Source of the DNA: Haliotis cracherodii
Lineage: Eukaryota
Direction of reading: 5' to 3'
Length of the DNA: 64,000 bases
Assembly (NCBI RefSeq): GCF_022045235.1
Contig: NW_027266341.1
Span: 4,898,001-4,962,000, forward strand
The translations under genes and the position numbers were made by a program. This document shows, piece after piece, positions 26,663-39,753 of this stretch (the stretch's first letter is position 1; each line of letters starts with the position of its first letter). The notes under the pieces were generated by a model, which was not told the DNA's origin, ran no database searches, and saw only the letters and a list, made by a program, of their open reading frames with translations.

Positions 26663-27794
26663 ACATATACACTACAATCATCTATTTCCAATATCCAACG
26701 ACCCCTTCTGTCTCCTCATATATTCTACTACAATTTTGAGAGGGATATGTGTATCTTACCATGATACACAAAATGATTCTCATCATATGCCAAATATATA
26801 TTGAAATCGAATCACGTGTATAATTATCCCGGTTAAAGATTGAGTAGCAAATTCTCTTCGCCGCTATTTTGGGTCCGTGACTTATTTCAGTGTCGTCGAT
26901 ATCTTGTCCAGGGATTAGAACGCCCAGAGAAATAGAAGGTGGATCAACCTATCAACCTATAAATAACTTAAGGAAGCCAGTAAATGATTTATCATGTTTA
27001 TGTGCGCACATCCTTGTCAGATAAATATTTAATATTTAAATGTTAGGGGAAATATTGAAACGAGTTATAGTTTAAACAAAGGCACGAGGCAAACATTACT
27101 ATTCTGTGTACTACGATTCAGCCCGGCGTTATTCCAGTCAGTTCCAAAGAATAGTAGTAGTAAACAGCAACATAAATGGGCTTGATTTTCCATATGCTAT
27201 GCAGACATCAGGTAAGGATATGTCATATGTATTTTGTTCATACCTGTAGACTATACATTGTTTTTCATTGTTGATGCGATTATGATATCCTATATTGTTC
27301 AGACGTCGTATGATGTTACAGTGAATGTAGAAATTTCATAAATGCAATTTACAAAACGCCAAAATCATTCTTTGCATTCCATTTATTATTTACTTTCCCG
27401 TGCTTGCATATGGTTATTCTGTGATTCTTTGTGGATCCTATTCTTATTTCGTAGGATTTACTGGTATTGATTTCTAAACCAGAGCATAATGCTTAAACGT
27501 CCTATATTTCTGAGGCCTTCTGAATACATTCTTCTGTGCCGTCAATGACCAGTGCAAATTGTGATACTAGATAACATATGTCAACTATACAAATACCATT
27601 AATTTGGATTAACCATTAATATATTGTACAACCTTTTCGGCACATAACGAACACGTGTAGGGGGTTAGAGGGTCACATTTTCCTAAAGCCTCTGTTTATG
27701 TTAAAACATCAATAAACTATGATAAGTATTGTTTCGGAAAGTTAAAGATGCTCGTTTACAATCTTTGGTAAACAGGTTTTATTCTATCCATGGG

Positions 27795-28370
27795 AATCAG
27801 CCGGGAAAGAGAGAAGTTGGAATGGGAATCAACTGGGGAAAGAGAGAAGTTGGAATGGGAATCAGCTGGGGAAAGAGAGAAGTTGGAATCGGAATCAACT
27901 GGGGAAAGAGAGACGTTGGAATGGGAATCACCTGAGAAACAGAAAAGTTGGAATGGGAATCAGCTGGGGAAAGAGAGAAGTTGGAATGGGAATCGGCTGG
28001 GGAAAGATAGAAGTTGGAATCGGAATCGGCTGGGGAAAGATAGAAGTTGGAATTGGAATCAACTGGGGAAAGAGAGACGTTGGAATGGGAATCAGCTGGG
28101 GAAAGAGAGACGTTGGAATGGGAATCAGCTGGGGAAAGAGAGACGTTGGAATGGGAATCAACTGGGGAAAGAGAGACGTTGGAATGGGAATCAGCTGGGG
28201 AAAGAGAGACGTTGGAATGGGAATCAGCTTGGGAAAGAGAAAAGTTGGAATGGGAATCAGCTGGGGAAAGAGAGAAGTTGGAATCGGAATAAGCTGGGGA
28301 AAGAGAAAAGTTGGGATGGGAATCAGCTGGGGAAAGAGAGACGTTGGAATGGGAATCGGCTGGGGAAATT
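27795..28370. repeat. 33-bp tandem repeat GAAAGAGAGAAGTTGGAATGGGAATCAGCTGGG, about 17 copies
   Basis: Direct periodicity; 11-aa repeats in the ORF track. Confidence 0.95.
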
Positions 28371-28720
28371 AGGGAAATAGAGAAGTTGAAATTAGAATCA
28401 AAATTAAGAATGCGAGAGCAAGAAGTAGAGCATTAAAGGCAGTTAGAACTAAAACAGAAGGATTTGGAACGGGTCATTCTGGAAAAAAGGGTAAAGCCAA
28501 GAGAGGGGTCACGATTTGATGTGACAAAGTTTACCAAGTTCGTGCCTCACTTCACTGAAAGTTCAGTGGATAGGTAATACTATGTAACCTCAATTCGAGA
28601 AGGTTGCAAAAAATCTAAAATGGACGACAGAATATTGGACTTCATTCATGGGGTGTATGCGGCTATGCGTATAGAGCAGAGTTCAGGGTATGAAGATGTT
28701 AAACAGTCCGATTCGAGGAG
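27800..28720 (+). mobile_element. Gypsy (Gmr1-like) gag relic; its coiled-coil segment is expanded into a 33-bp tandem array
   Basis: 28380-28710 translates EKLKLESKLRMREQ...FDVTKFTKFVPHFTESSVD...FEKVAKNLKW...W...VYAAMRIEQSSGYEDVKQ with stops and frameshifts. Confidence 0.8.
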
Positions 28721-29596
28721 TTTCTGTATCACGTTGAGTATTTTTACTACGTGGAGCTAGACATATTTTCTTACTTTATTGATTCGCTCATCATTTCTGA
28801 TAAAATGTCTTTGTTTCGTTCATAAAGTCATCGTCAGAACTTAAAGTTTCTTCTTGTTTTCCCAGTGTTCTTATTGCTTCACTGAAATGTTGGTTTGAAA
28901 AAATGAATTATGTCGGTTTGTAACTTTTTTCTTTCCAATCTGTCATACATAACACTAGACCTTCTATTTAAGTAGTGTTTTATGTTTTCAAGCTTTATAT
29001 TTTTCTCTTCATCAGTTTCATCTTATTTCATATTTAGATTGTCAATTGTGTCTCTAGTCTGGTTTTAAGTTTTCTCTATCAGATTTCTTCTCTGATGAAT
29101 ACTTAATCGTTTTCCTTTAATCATCATTGTTTAGAAAAAGGTAGGTAATCTACTTCAAACGTTGATTTTTCCAAATTCAATACGGTCAGTTTTTATCTAT
29201 TGTTGTTGTCTTTTTTCAGTTGTTTGCCATTTTTACATATTTCTGATTTCAAATAATGGACATCATCACTGATGGACGTGCTGCATCAACCACCATCAAG
29301 CGTTGTCCTCGCTCGCTGACATTTTAAGTGATCGACTTCATAAAGTATTCAAGTTTGATGGCTATATTATTAATGTTCTCAGTGAACGTGTTTCGATGTT
29401 CAGTCATTTCTAATTCATTAGTCATGACAAGTTTCAAGTTAAATCTTCCAGTTAGTTTCTGTTTTTCATTGTCCGAAATGTTTGTTCACCAATTTGAAAT
29501 ATCACTTTTGTCTGTTATACAGGGCAGTACATGTATGTTCGCGGGTTTTTGAAAACCAATACGTTCTGTTGTCTCACGCATGATAAGTTTACTTAC

Positions 29597-29650
29597 CAGA
29601 TGGAAGCCATTGTTGAGGATTACTAAGAATATCCGCAGAGTTGGTGTGAG
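29597..29650 (-). CDS. Candidate exon of an unidentified minus-strand gene (HTNSADILSNPQQWLPS); alternative acceptor would start the exon at 29687
   Basis: ttttcaatag acceptor and consensus CTG|GTAAGT donor; 54 bp; one frame stays open into the 24002-24067 exon. Confidence 0.3.
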
Positions 29651-30136
29651 CTATTGAAAAGCACATTCCCTCCAACCCACATCTCACCTGGAGGAATTCG
29701 CATTTCTTATAATTCATATATTTAGTAATTCGTTTATCTTCATGTAATTATTCATATATTTAGTTGCTCATAGATCTAGTTGTTCTTTTATATAGTTGTT
29801 CATATATGCAGTTGTTCATGTATCTAGTTATTTGTTAATATAGTTGTTCGTTTATCTAGTTATTCATATATCTAGTTGTTCGTATATCTAGTTGTTCGTA
29901 TATCTCGTAGATTTATAAATGCGTCAAGTTACTCATATAACCAATTATTATTTGTATATCTGGTGTATGTGACTATGATGTTATACCGGTTTACAGTATG
30001 GCGGCACGAAGAATTGGCTTCCACAGTTGCAGTTGTAGTCAACTGTTGTATCACCTTGAAATATCAGAGTACCATGTAAAGTGCTGTAGTTAAAAACATA
30101 ATCCTCAGCAGATGATAGTGCGTTTCACAGACTTTA

Positions 30137-30560
30137 CGAGTGAGTCAGTCAGTTAAGGTTTATAGTCACATCGGCAATATTTCTGCCACATCGTGGCTAA
30201 ATCAAGTTATTTATTAATGATACACAAAAAACTGAACTATATAACCTGTCGATGAAGGACAGTAAAATAAGTAGATTGTCACAGACGTAGATTTAAAACT
30301 AGCATGTCACCATAAAACTTGAACTATTCATAAAATACAAAATAAAAATGGGCTAGAGACCACCTGCAACCTAAGGAAGGTCACCATACTAGGAACCATG
30401 GGGACTTACGGTACTTCTGCTACCTACATGGTATCCCAGCAGGATTTACACCATCCCTCTGGCTACTAGCGATTGTTGGAAGGTTAAGCCAACAATTAGA
30501 ATTACAAGTATACTACGATTAAAACTATGGTACAAATAAACGTATGATATGGTCTTACAT
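30137..30560 (-). mobile_element. 3' UTR/tail fragment of the same I/Nimb-type LINE family
   Basis: Colinear similarity to 19403-19800 (gtcacatcggcaatattt, ggaccatg, ctacct, gatttacaccatccc). Confidence 0.7.
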
Positions 30561-30569
30561 ATACTTTCA

Positions 30570-30720
30570 CAAGAGGACAGACTCTACGACCATTCAAAGA
30601 GCGTTACACGGCTCTTGCGCAAAAGTTGTTTGATCAAGGTTACAACATTCAAGGTCACAGCAAAGCTTTCAAAAGGTGTTATGGTAGAAATGTGGACACA
30701 TAATTGACAAAAATTATGTC
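30570..30720 (+). mobile_element. Penelope-like element fragment (end of RT region)
   Basis: Translates FKERYTALAQKLFDQGYNIQGHSKAFKRCYGR, resembling the LxxKLxxQGY...FxKFY segment of PLE RTs. Confidence 0.45.
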
Positions 30721-31280
30721 CGATGTAATTCCCTATTTGATACGCTTATCTTCTCGAGGACACTTGGTATCATCACTATTTGATAGTGATTTATAATTAT
30801 TCTTATGAAACATTCGAAATGATTATGGAGATGTTTTTCGTCGCTATTTTTTACAGACGAAAGTTCACATTTTTAGTATTGGTTTATTTAATACACATTT
30901 ATCGCCAAACTTAATCGTGAATGAAAAAGTCCCCCCTTTTTAGTGCGTAATAAACGTGGACAGGTGTTGGCAGATTTTTTCATTTGGGAATGCAATGTCG
31001 TCGTCATTTAAGAATTGACTGTCATTTTGTGTGACTTCATTGGAGTATGAACCTTCATAGAGTAGAGTGAAAGCCAAACTGTATAAACGTCGGCGCTTCA
31101 TGTTTACACTGACAGCCACACAACAACCAGCTGTATAACGGAATAAAATAGTTCCAAGTGGAGACATGAGTGTATGTACGTTCAACTTGCTTTATAACTA
31201 GCACTAGAAACATATAGGTTGTAGTTTGTTTACAATAAATGTACTCACATAATATCATCATTGGGTGAGAAAGGTCTTAC

Positions 31281-31481
31281 CTCAGTAAGTCAGTCACAAT
31301 GACAGCGCGTTACAATACATTTACATCAAGTACAAGACGTCAAAATGGCCGACACGATAAACGTGACGGGAGAGATTTCCGAAGCTGTTAATGAACCTGT
31401 GGCGGTTACACGTGTTAGTCATCAGTACAGTTGGCCGATCATTAAAAGGTGATTATAAAGATGTGTCAGATAGATACTGAG
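31281..31481. promoter_or_regulatory. Possible bidirectional promoter / paired first exons
   Basis: Locally CpG-rich; CAAAATGGC (YY1-like) at ~31341; outward-facing donors GAG|GTAAGA (minus, ~31280) and GAG|GTAATT (plus, 31481/31482); TGACGTCA (CRE) at ~31754. Confidence 0.35.
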
Positions 31482-32577
31482 GTAATTCATAGATTGCTAA
31501 GACTGTCACTGTCAGCCTAGACACGGATCGAGTCGATACGACGATAGTTAATGTGCATTTCTATGTTTTGTTTACAAGGATGCGTCGTAGCGAGGATATT
31601 CGTGAACGATCATGCATTCTTTGACGTTCATCAATGTATACTAAAACGCTGCGTTCAAGATAAAAAGGGTTAATGGATCAGACGCTTTTGTAGGTATTAG
31701 TGTAAGGGAATTCCCTAGGGTTTCCCCAGGAATCTGAAAGTAGTGCGTCAGTTTGACGTCATTTCAAGAATACAGCCTCCTGAAAAATGTATGAACTTTA
31801 AATTGTGTCGATCATAGGCTTATGAACGTCAGTTTTGTGGTCAAGCCGTATATCGTGTAAACTTCTCTTTTAAAAATATGTATATCATTGATGGGTCCGG
31901 GTACACAGACGAACCAAGGTTTTAATATTCGACAATTGCTGTGTAGAGTTGCGTCCCCTATGTAGCAAGGATCCGTTAAATTACGCTGTGATCCCGTGCT
32001 CGCGCTCCAATGTATCGCTCTGAACATCTCCCTTATTAAGCTGCAGTTGATACGTGGTAATGTGACTATAACGCTGTTCAAGGCGACCTTGTGCCTTACA
32101 CTCACTGACTTCATTTCTAGACACCGCGTTGATCGGTATAAAGGTAGTTGATTGTCTGATATTAGAAAACAGGAACTGTTATAACACAATCAGGTTAGCT
32201 ACAGTGCCGCTGCAGTGTTGGAACGTTAACGCAATACCAGCACACGTGACTCCATGGCTAGGCTGCCAGATTCAGTATACACTGTTGACATCCCATGCCA
32301 GTCCCTAGGTACCCAGTACTTCATACCTCAAGTACCAGCCGACTGATATGGGGAGAGGATGTTTGGGTTTTGTGACCCGTCTATTTATGTGTCACTGTAC
32401 CCCGATAGATTGGCGTGTTGTTCATGCTTTCTGTCATTGGTTCGTCTGGTCCGGATTCGATTATAAGCCGATATTATATTTCTCAAAACCTCAGTCAGCG
32501 TGAGGCCTGTACAATGACTCATGAGTTGGGTTGGGTGTGAAGACGTGGAAATATGTTACACGGGCATGACACTGAAA

Positions 32578-34480
32578 GGATCTGTGACTAACCGCTCCCA
32601 CTGTGGAAAGTACAGGAGAGCCTGTGACTAACCGCTCCATTGTGGAAAGTACAGGAGAGCCTGTGACTAACCGCTCCCATTGTGGAAAGTACAGGAGAGC
32701 CTGTGACTAACCGTTCCCACTGTGGAAAGTACAGGAGATCCTGTGACTAACCGCTCCCATTGTGGAAAGTACAGGAGATCCTGTGACTAGCCGCTCCATT
32801 GTGGAAAGTACAGGAGATCCTGTGACTAGCCGCTCCATTGTGGAAAGTACAGGAGAGCCTGTGACTAGCCACTCCATTGTGGAAAGTACAGGAGATCCTG
32901 TGACTAACTGCTCCCACTGTGGAAAGTACAGGAGATCCTGTGACTAACTGCTCCCACTGTGGAAAGTACAGGAGATCCTGTGACTAGCCGCTCCATTGTG
33001 GAAAGTACAGGAGATCCTGTGACTAACTGCTCCCATTGTGGAAAGTACAGGAGATCCTGTGTCTAACCGCTCCCATTGTGGAAAGTACAGGAGAGCCTGT
33101 GACTAGCCGCTCCATTGTGGAAAGTACAGGAGATCCTGTGCTAGCCGCTCCCACTGTGGAAAGTACATGGAGATCCTGTGACTAACCGCTCCCATTGTGG
33201 AAAGAACAGGAGATCCTGTGACTAACCGCTCCCATTGTGGAAAGTACAGGAGAGCCTGTGACTAGCCGCTCCCACTGTGGAAAGTACAGGAGATCCTGTG
33301 ACTAGCCGCTCCCACTGTGGAAAGTACAGGAGAGCCTGTGACTAACCGCTCCCACTGTGGAAAGTACAGGAGAGCCTGTGACTAACCGTTCCATTGTGGA
33401 AAGTACAGGAGAGCCTGTGACTAACCGCTCCCATTGTGGAAAGTACAGGAGATCATGTGACTAGCCGCTCCCACTGTGGAAAGTACAGGAGATCCTGTGA
33501 CTAACCGCTCCCACTGTGGAAAGTACAGGAGAGCCTGTGACTAACCGTTCCATTGTGGAAAGTACAGGAGAGCCTGTGACTAACCGCTCCCATTGTGGAA
33601 AGTACAGGAGATCATGTGACTAGCCGCTCCCACTGTGGAAAGTACAGGAGATCCTGTGACTAACCGCTCCCACTGTGGAAAGTACAGGAGATCATGTGAC
33701 TAACCGCTCCCATTGTGGAAAGTACAGGAGAGCCTGTGACTAACCGCTCCCATTGTGGAAAGTACAGGAGATCCTGTGACTAACCGTTCCCATTGTGGAA
33801 AGTACAGGAGATCCTGTGACTAACCGCTCCCACTGTGGAAAGTACAGGAGATCATGTGACTAACCGCTCCCACTGTGGAAAGTACAGGAGATCCTGTGAC
33901 TAACCGCTCCCATTGTGGAAAGTACAGGAGAGCCTGTGACTAGCCGCTCCCATTGTGTAAAAGTACAGGAGAGCCTGTGACTAACCGCTCCCATTGTGGA
34001 AAGTACAGGAGAGCCTGTGACTAACCGCTCCCATTGTGGAAAGTACAGGAGAGCCTGTGACTAACCGCTCCCATTGTGGAAAGTACAGGAGATCCTGTGA
34101 CTAGCCGCTCCCACTGTGGAAAGTACAGGAGATCCTGTGACTAACCGCTCCCACTGTGAAAAGTACAGGAGAGCCTGTGACTAACCGTTCCATTGTGGAA
34201 AGTACAGGAGATCCTGTGACTAACCGCTCCCATTGTGGAAAGTACAGGAGATCATGTGACTAGCCGCTCCCACTGTGGAAAGTACAGGAGATCCTGTGAC
34301 TAACCGTTCCCACTGTGGAAAGTACAGGAGAGCCTGTGACTAGCCGCTCCCACTGTGGAAAGTACAGGAGAGCCTGTGACTAACCGCTCCCATTGTGGAA
34401 AGTACAGAAGATCCTGTGACTAACCGTTCCCATTGTGGAAAGTACAGGAGAGCCTGTGACTAACCGCTCCCATTATGAAA
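32578..34480. repeat. Minisatellite, 39/40-bp unit CCTGTGACTAACCGCTCCCATTGTGGAAAGTACAGGAGAK
   Basis: Direct periodicity. Confidence 0.95.
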
Positions 34481-34599
34481 AGCACTGGAGAAAAGCACTG
34501 GTGAAGACATCTCCTTACCCCCGTCACTCGATGAGAGGACTATGATATTTCACTCGACACTAGGAATATCCTATATATAGTCATGATCCATTACTATTT

Positions 34600-34760
34600 G
34601 GGGCACTGGGGTAGCCTAGTGGTTAAAGTGTTCACTCGTCACGCCAAAAGCCCGGGTTTCATTCCCCACATGGGTACAATGTGTGAAGCTTCTTTTGGTG
34701 TCACCAACCGTGACATTGCAGGAATATTGCTAAAAGCGGCGTAAAACCATACTCACTCAA
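34600..34760 (+). mobile_element. SINE family B copy
   Basis: Colinear with 15984-16151. Confidence 0.85.
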
Positions 34761-35643
34761 CAATTTGCTTTTTAGATTTTTAGATTATATTTTTGTTAAT
34801 CAAATGAATGACATTGCTGTGTGGTACATGTACGTTTCGCTTAATGTACTTGTTTTTACGTTATAGCAGTAAGGACTGTGAAGTGCAAGTATTTGATATA
34901 TTTCCAATATTCACATGCTGTTAGTCGGTTGAGAATTTCACCAAGTGTGATAGGATAACAATAGAAAGTTTGAACTCCCTGGCATTATCGACGAGTGATG
35001 ATATGTGTGATATCAAAAGAAACGAGGGGCAGATTCTGTTTGACATCAATAATCATTCTTCCGACTTTTTCCGCTTGGAAGCAGTACTAACCAACGCCTT
35101 GAGTGTTAAACATAGAGCTAACCAGCTTCAATGGCAGAGGGGTACATCATTTGATTGTGACCACATGATAACTTATGACGTCAATAAGGCTTTGTTTTTT
35201 TATTTGTTCCATTTCATCTGGTTGGTGATATAAAATAATAACAGACATAATATAAAAATAAACAATGTATGTAAATAAAAAACATAAAGCTTTCTAGAAA
35301 AACAAAAATAACCCTTCATGTGTTTCTGGAAAAGATTTCTAGAAATATGTACTTTTTATTTCGTTAAGTTGTTTAAATTTTATTTCTCTTATTTTTACCA
35401 TCGACCAGATGAAATCGAGCCTATCATCCATAATAAAAAATCACCGACCTGTTGCTTAAGCTTTCTCCACTGCAGACAACCACTAGTGTGTCGTTTATTG
35501 ATTTAAACATATTCTAATGTCGAGTGCAAATGAACTTGGCATACATGCAGACTGCTTTTAAAGACTGCTATGCACACAGTGACCTCCATTATCTGTGTCA
35601 CCGTCTATCATCTGTATAATTGGTTTCAGGTCTGGTGACCAAC

Positions 35644-35823
35644 ATGTGGCGGAGAGTTGAAAGCACCCAGCGAGTCAGCACCCGTGTGAGGAAGATGAAT
35701 GGAAAGCAGTTCTTCAAGAAACAGCCAGAAGAGGACAGGATTGAGGAACTATCTACCCGGGGAGACGAGGAGGAGGGTATGGTGGTGCCGAAACGCAAAT
35801 CAAAGACATGCACCATTCTTTGA
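35644..35823 (+). CDS. 59-aa ORF or terminal exon with polybasic + CaaX C-terminus (...VVPKRKSKTCTIL*)
   Basis: tttcag acceptor at 35628-35629; ccaacATG context at 35644; purine-rich coding-like composition; C-terminal CTIL preceded by KRKSK. Confidence 0.6.
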   Translation: MWRRVESTQRVSTRVRKMNGKQFFKKQPEEDRIEELSTRGDEEEGMVVPKRKSKTCTIL

Positions 35824-36674
35824 CTGTTATATGTAGTGTCGTTCTCTTGTGTTGTGACGTCGGGGGAACACTACACAAACGGTACTTAAAATCTGTGGAT
35901 TCTAAATGGAGCCATCAACAGTTGGCAGTGTACCCAAGTCTAAGACCTGCATTATGTGCCTTATATCACCAGAATGTAAACTCAAGTTCAGTCTTTCTCT
36001 TGTAGAGGGATTATGAAGACTGTACAAACAATTCATGGAGCATCTGGTTCCGTGAAGAGGTGTCGTCTTGCCATCTCGAGGAACTCCAAAATTGTCCTTC
36101 TCTCGATGGGTAATTAGTGGAGATTGTGAAGGTTAGGTAAACAGCTCTTGGAGCATCTAATTTCTTTGAATACGTACATCAAGATCGCAACGAGGGATAT
36201 TAAGACTTCACCCCACACTGATGACCATTATTCGGGATTCATTCTCTACGTTATTGGATTGTGAGCCTACATAAGTAGTTTTTCATGAAACATCTATGTT
36301 CGCTGGGTTTCATAAAGGGTCAAACGAGTCCTTGACACCCAAATCAGTGCACTATGTGTGATTTTTCATATTTGTTGCATCGGTGAACGAAATGATGTCA
36401 TGCAATTCCCTATTTTGTGCCATATGTTCCAATGTTTGTCCAGGTGAACACTTGACTTTGCATATGTTCGTGACGGGGGCCACTTGTGTAGAAGATTATG
36501 CTCGCGTTTTCGCGAACACCTGGTGTCATCACTCTAACAGATGACGATTCATAAACTATTGCTGATCATAAACTAAGTCGAAATCGCACAATGTTTCTTG
36601 CAGTGATATCTCATGATTATTTTGTCACTTTTGAAGGTATTCGATTGACGTGCATTGTCTCCACGGTGTGTGTT

Positions 36675-37460
36675 TTCTTTAAGGGAACTGGGGAACAAGA
36701 TTAACACTGGAGCATCTCGCGTAACGCTGCCTGTTTCCTTATCGGGAACTGAGGAACAAGATTAATACTGGAGCATCTGGCGTAACGCTCTCTGTTTCCT
36801 TATGGGGAACTGGGGAACAAGATTAACACTGGAGCATCTCGCGTAACGCTGTCTGTTTCCTTATGGGGAACTGAGGAACAAGATTAACACTGGAGCATCT
36901 CGCGTAACGCTGTCTGTTTCCTTATGGGGAACTGGGGAACAAGATTAACACTGGAGCATCTCGCGTAACGCTGTCTGTTTCCTTATGGGGAACTGGGGAA
37001 CAAGATTAACACTGGAGCATCTCGCGTAACGCTGTCTGTTTCCTAATGGGGAACTGGGGAACAAGATTAACACTGGAGCATCTCGCGTAACGCTGCCTGT
37101 TTCCTTATGGGGAACTGGGGAACAAGATCAACACTGGAGCAACTCGCGTAACGCTGCCTGTTTCCTTATGGGGAACTGAGGAACAAGATTAATACTGGAG
37201 CATCTCGCGTAACGCTGCCTGTTTCCTTATGGGGAACTGAGGAACAAGATTAACACTGGAGCATCTCGCGTAACGCTGCCTGTTTCCTTATGGGGAACTG
37301 AGGAACAAGATTAACACTGGAGCATCTCGCGTAACGCTGCCTGTTTCATTATGGGGAACTGGGGAACAAGATCAACACTGGAGCATCTCGCGTAACGCTG
37401 CCTGTTTCCTAATGGGGAACATGGGAACAAGATCAACACTGGAGTATCACGTGTGACGTT
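36675..37460. repeat. 61-bp minisatellite, about 13 copies
   Basis: Direct periodicity (one-base shift per 60-nt line). Confidence 0.95.
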
Positions 37461-39753
37461 GTCTATTCTGTACACGATTGAAGGAGATTGTACCATTATC
37501 GGAAAAGGATGATTTCACAGGAGTGACTATACAGCATGCACATCCGTCCTTCTAGCATCCAAGCAACCTAGAGGTGGATACACATCAGCAACCTCCCCAT
37601 GTTCACGTTCCTATCCTGTGCTGAGATATATGAGAGCACGCAATAGTTAAAAAGGTTCAATTTCGCATGTTAGTCCTCGTCCCAGAATATTATTCGTATT
37701 GCAGGAGAAGCGCGAATGTTCACAGATACGTTGATATATAATGCAATTTTTTTTTTGAAAGATGAACAGTGTTAGACAAAATCTATCCACCTTCGATAAC
37801 ATCCATCTGAGACGTCGCATGACGTGTTTATGTGACGTATTTGACTCCAGATACACGTGAACGGTACATCGATTGCGGATTCCGCATCCAGGTGGAATAC
37901 AGGTTTGCAATTGTACTCACAATTAATAGCGTAAGTGGTGCAGTTTTTGATAAAAGTATGAAACTTGGCATGATGATAGATATGGACGTTACCATCATTT
38001 CTTGATATGGGGCAAATACAAAAATCCAATATGGCCGCCAATTTCAAGATGGCCCCCAGACACTAGTTTTAGGTCATATGTTTTAAATATATATTGTTTT
38101 TTGTTAATTTAAAAAATGTTGAAATGTGTAAGACAAACTATCTTCATGCAAAATATGTGCCTTAGAGTTAAAAGCATGAAACGGCTTAGATAAGGGGCAT
38201 CCCAAAGTATTTGATATAGCCGCCATGATCTCCTCCGATCATGACCGGCATCCTAAAAATGTTATGCTTTTGTAAAGTACAAAACTATATATCACAATAT
38301 ATTTTGATTTAGGTAATTTATAGTGTGAATATATGAAAAAATATGCATTTCTTTCTTCTTCAGCATATCACTATGCCTTACAGTCTATCAAGTTAGGCAG
38401 CAAACACTTGCTTTCTGTGCCAATTGTGTAAGGTGCAGATGCTACCGGTAGAATGGTACATATATTATTTTTATGGAAATTGTGTGCCAGAAGGAAATAT
38501 TTACCCTTATCGCGAACACCTAGTGTCATCACTGATTGTCGTCCATTTATATCATTTTTCAACACTGTTTTGTCTTGTACGCCCAATGGAATTTGTTTCT
38601 GCAGATACTCGAGATAGATAATTCTCTGACGTTGACGTTTTGAATATTCGTATGGGAAATAAGGTTAGCCAAACTTTTATCAGAAGACGGAACGAGATGA
38701 TGGAAACATAGATGTGTGATTGACTCTGTTGATTGTATACACAGTGGCATAGACATTTTACACGCTGGGAAGTAATACTCAGGGTTTTCTCTATTATGTA
38801 TGTGCATACCTACATGATGAATGCCAAACACATAACTTCCCCTCGACGTCTAATCGATGGGACGCTTGGGTATCACATTATTACTGGGCAGACTCTGGGA
38901 TTTCAGCTCCTGAAACAGAATCCACAGTGCCTTGACAACCTAGCCCTCAGACAATTACTTGCTCCCTCAGCTAGCTTTTAAAATGGCTTTAAACTATGGT
39001 AGATAAATAGATTGCAGAACTAAATACGAAATTGACAGGAAGTTAGCAGCGAATATGATGATTTATTTTCTACTCGAATTTATTCATTGTTGATCAGTGT
39101 ATTTTAAGAAATTTGTTTTAACTTGAAAGTATTTTATCAATAATCTCTTGTGCATTGTGATATCGTTGTGACAAAAGTTGTTTTTGTCATATGCCATGTC
39201 TTGAATTTATTTGAATAATGTCAGTTGTTAATTTAGGGTGCCTTCAATCACAGGAATTGGAAATTCTTATTTTGATGATGAATTAATTTTATTTTAGAAC
39301 ATACAGGTAGAGAGGGGTGTTTGAAACTAAAATATATGTTGTGAAACAGTGAATGGGTCTCTATACATTGTAATGGTGAAAACAAGATATATAGAAACAC
39401 TTTATCGAAATACCATCAACAATTTTTTCTGATATTTGTGAACGTTTAAGCAACAATCGTCTTATGCTGTTTCTGCATACAGAGGATAATGGTCCAAAAT
39501 ATTGTGTTGGAGGGATTGTTTGAAAGTATGGTAGGCAGAAAAGGAAACATACAACTTTATGGATTACAAGTTCTGGTTTATTGCATATAGCAACATTTCG
39601 AAGTAGATTCTTATACCCCTATCAAGCTGGATAAAGGTGTAAGAATCTACATGTACATCAAAACGTCGCTATATGCAGTGAACCCAAAGTTGTGATCCAT
39701 TTAAGTGTACGTTTCCTTATTAACTCGCCAGCATCAATCAAACAGGTGTGGTC

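Noticed and set aside
24415-26804. Many overlapping 65-88 aa ORFs; similar ORFs at 32762, 37311, 41486-44067, 55436 and 63154
   Set aside because: By-products of tandem repeats, mostly with unit lengths not divisible by three, and no coding signal
28800-29520. A-rich minus-strand coiled-coil-like remnants
   Set aside because: Riddled with stops; cannot be assigned to a gene or TE family by eye
37772-38047. 91-aa ORF MKLAAILDF...
   Set aside because: Typical spurious translation of non-coding DNA-transposon-like sequence rich in AAGATGGC/GGCCGCCA motifs
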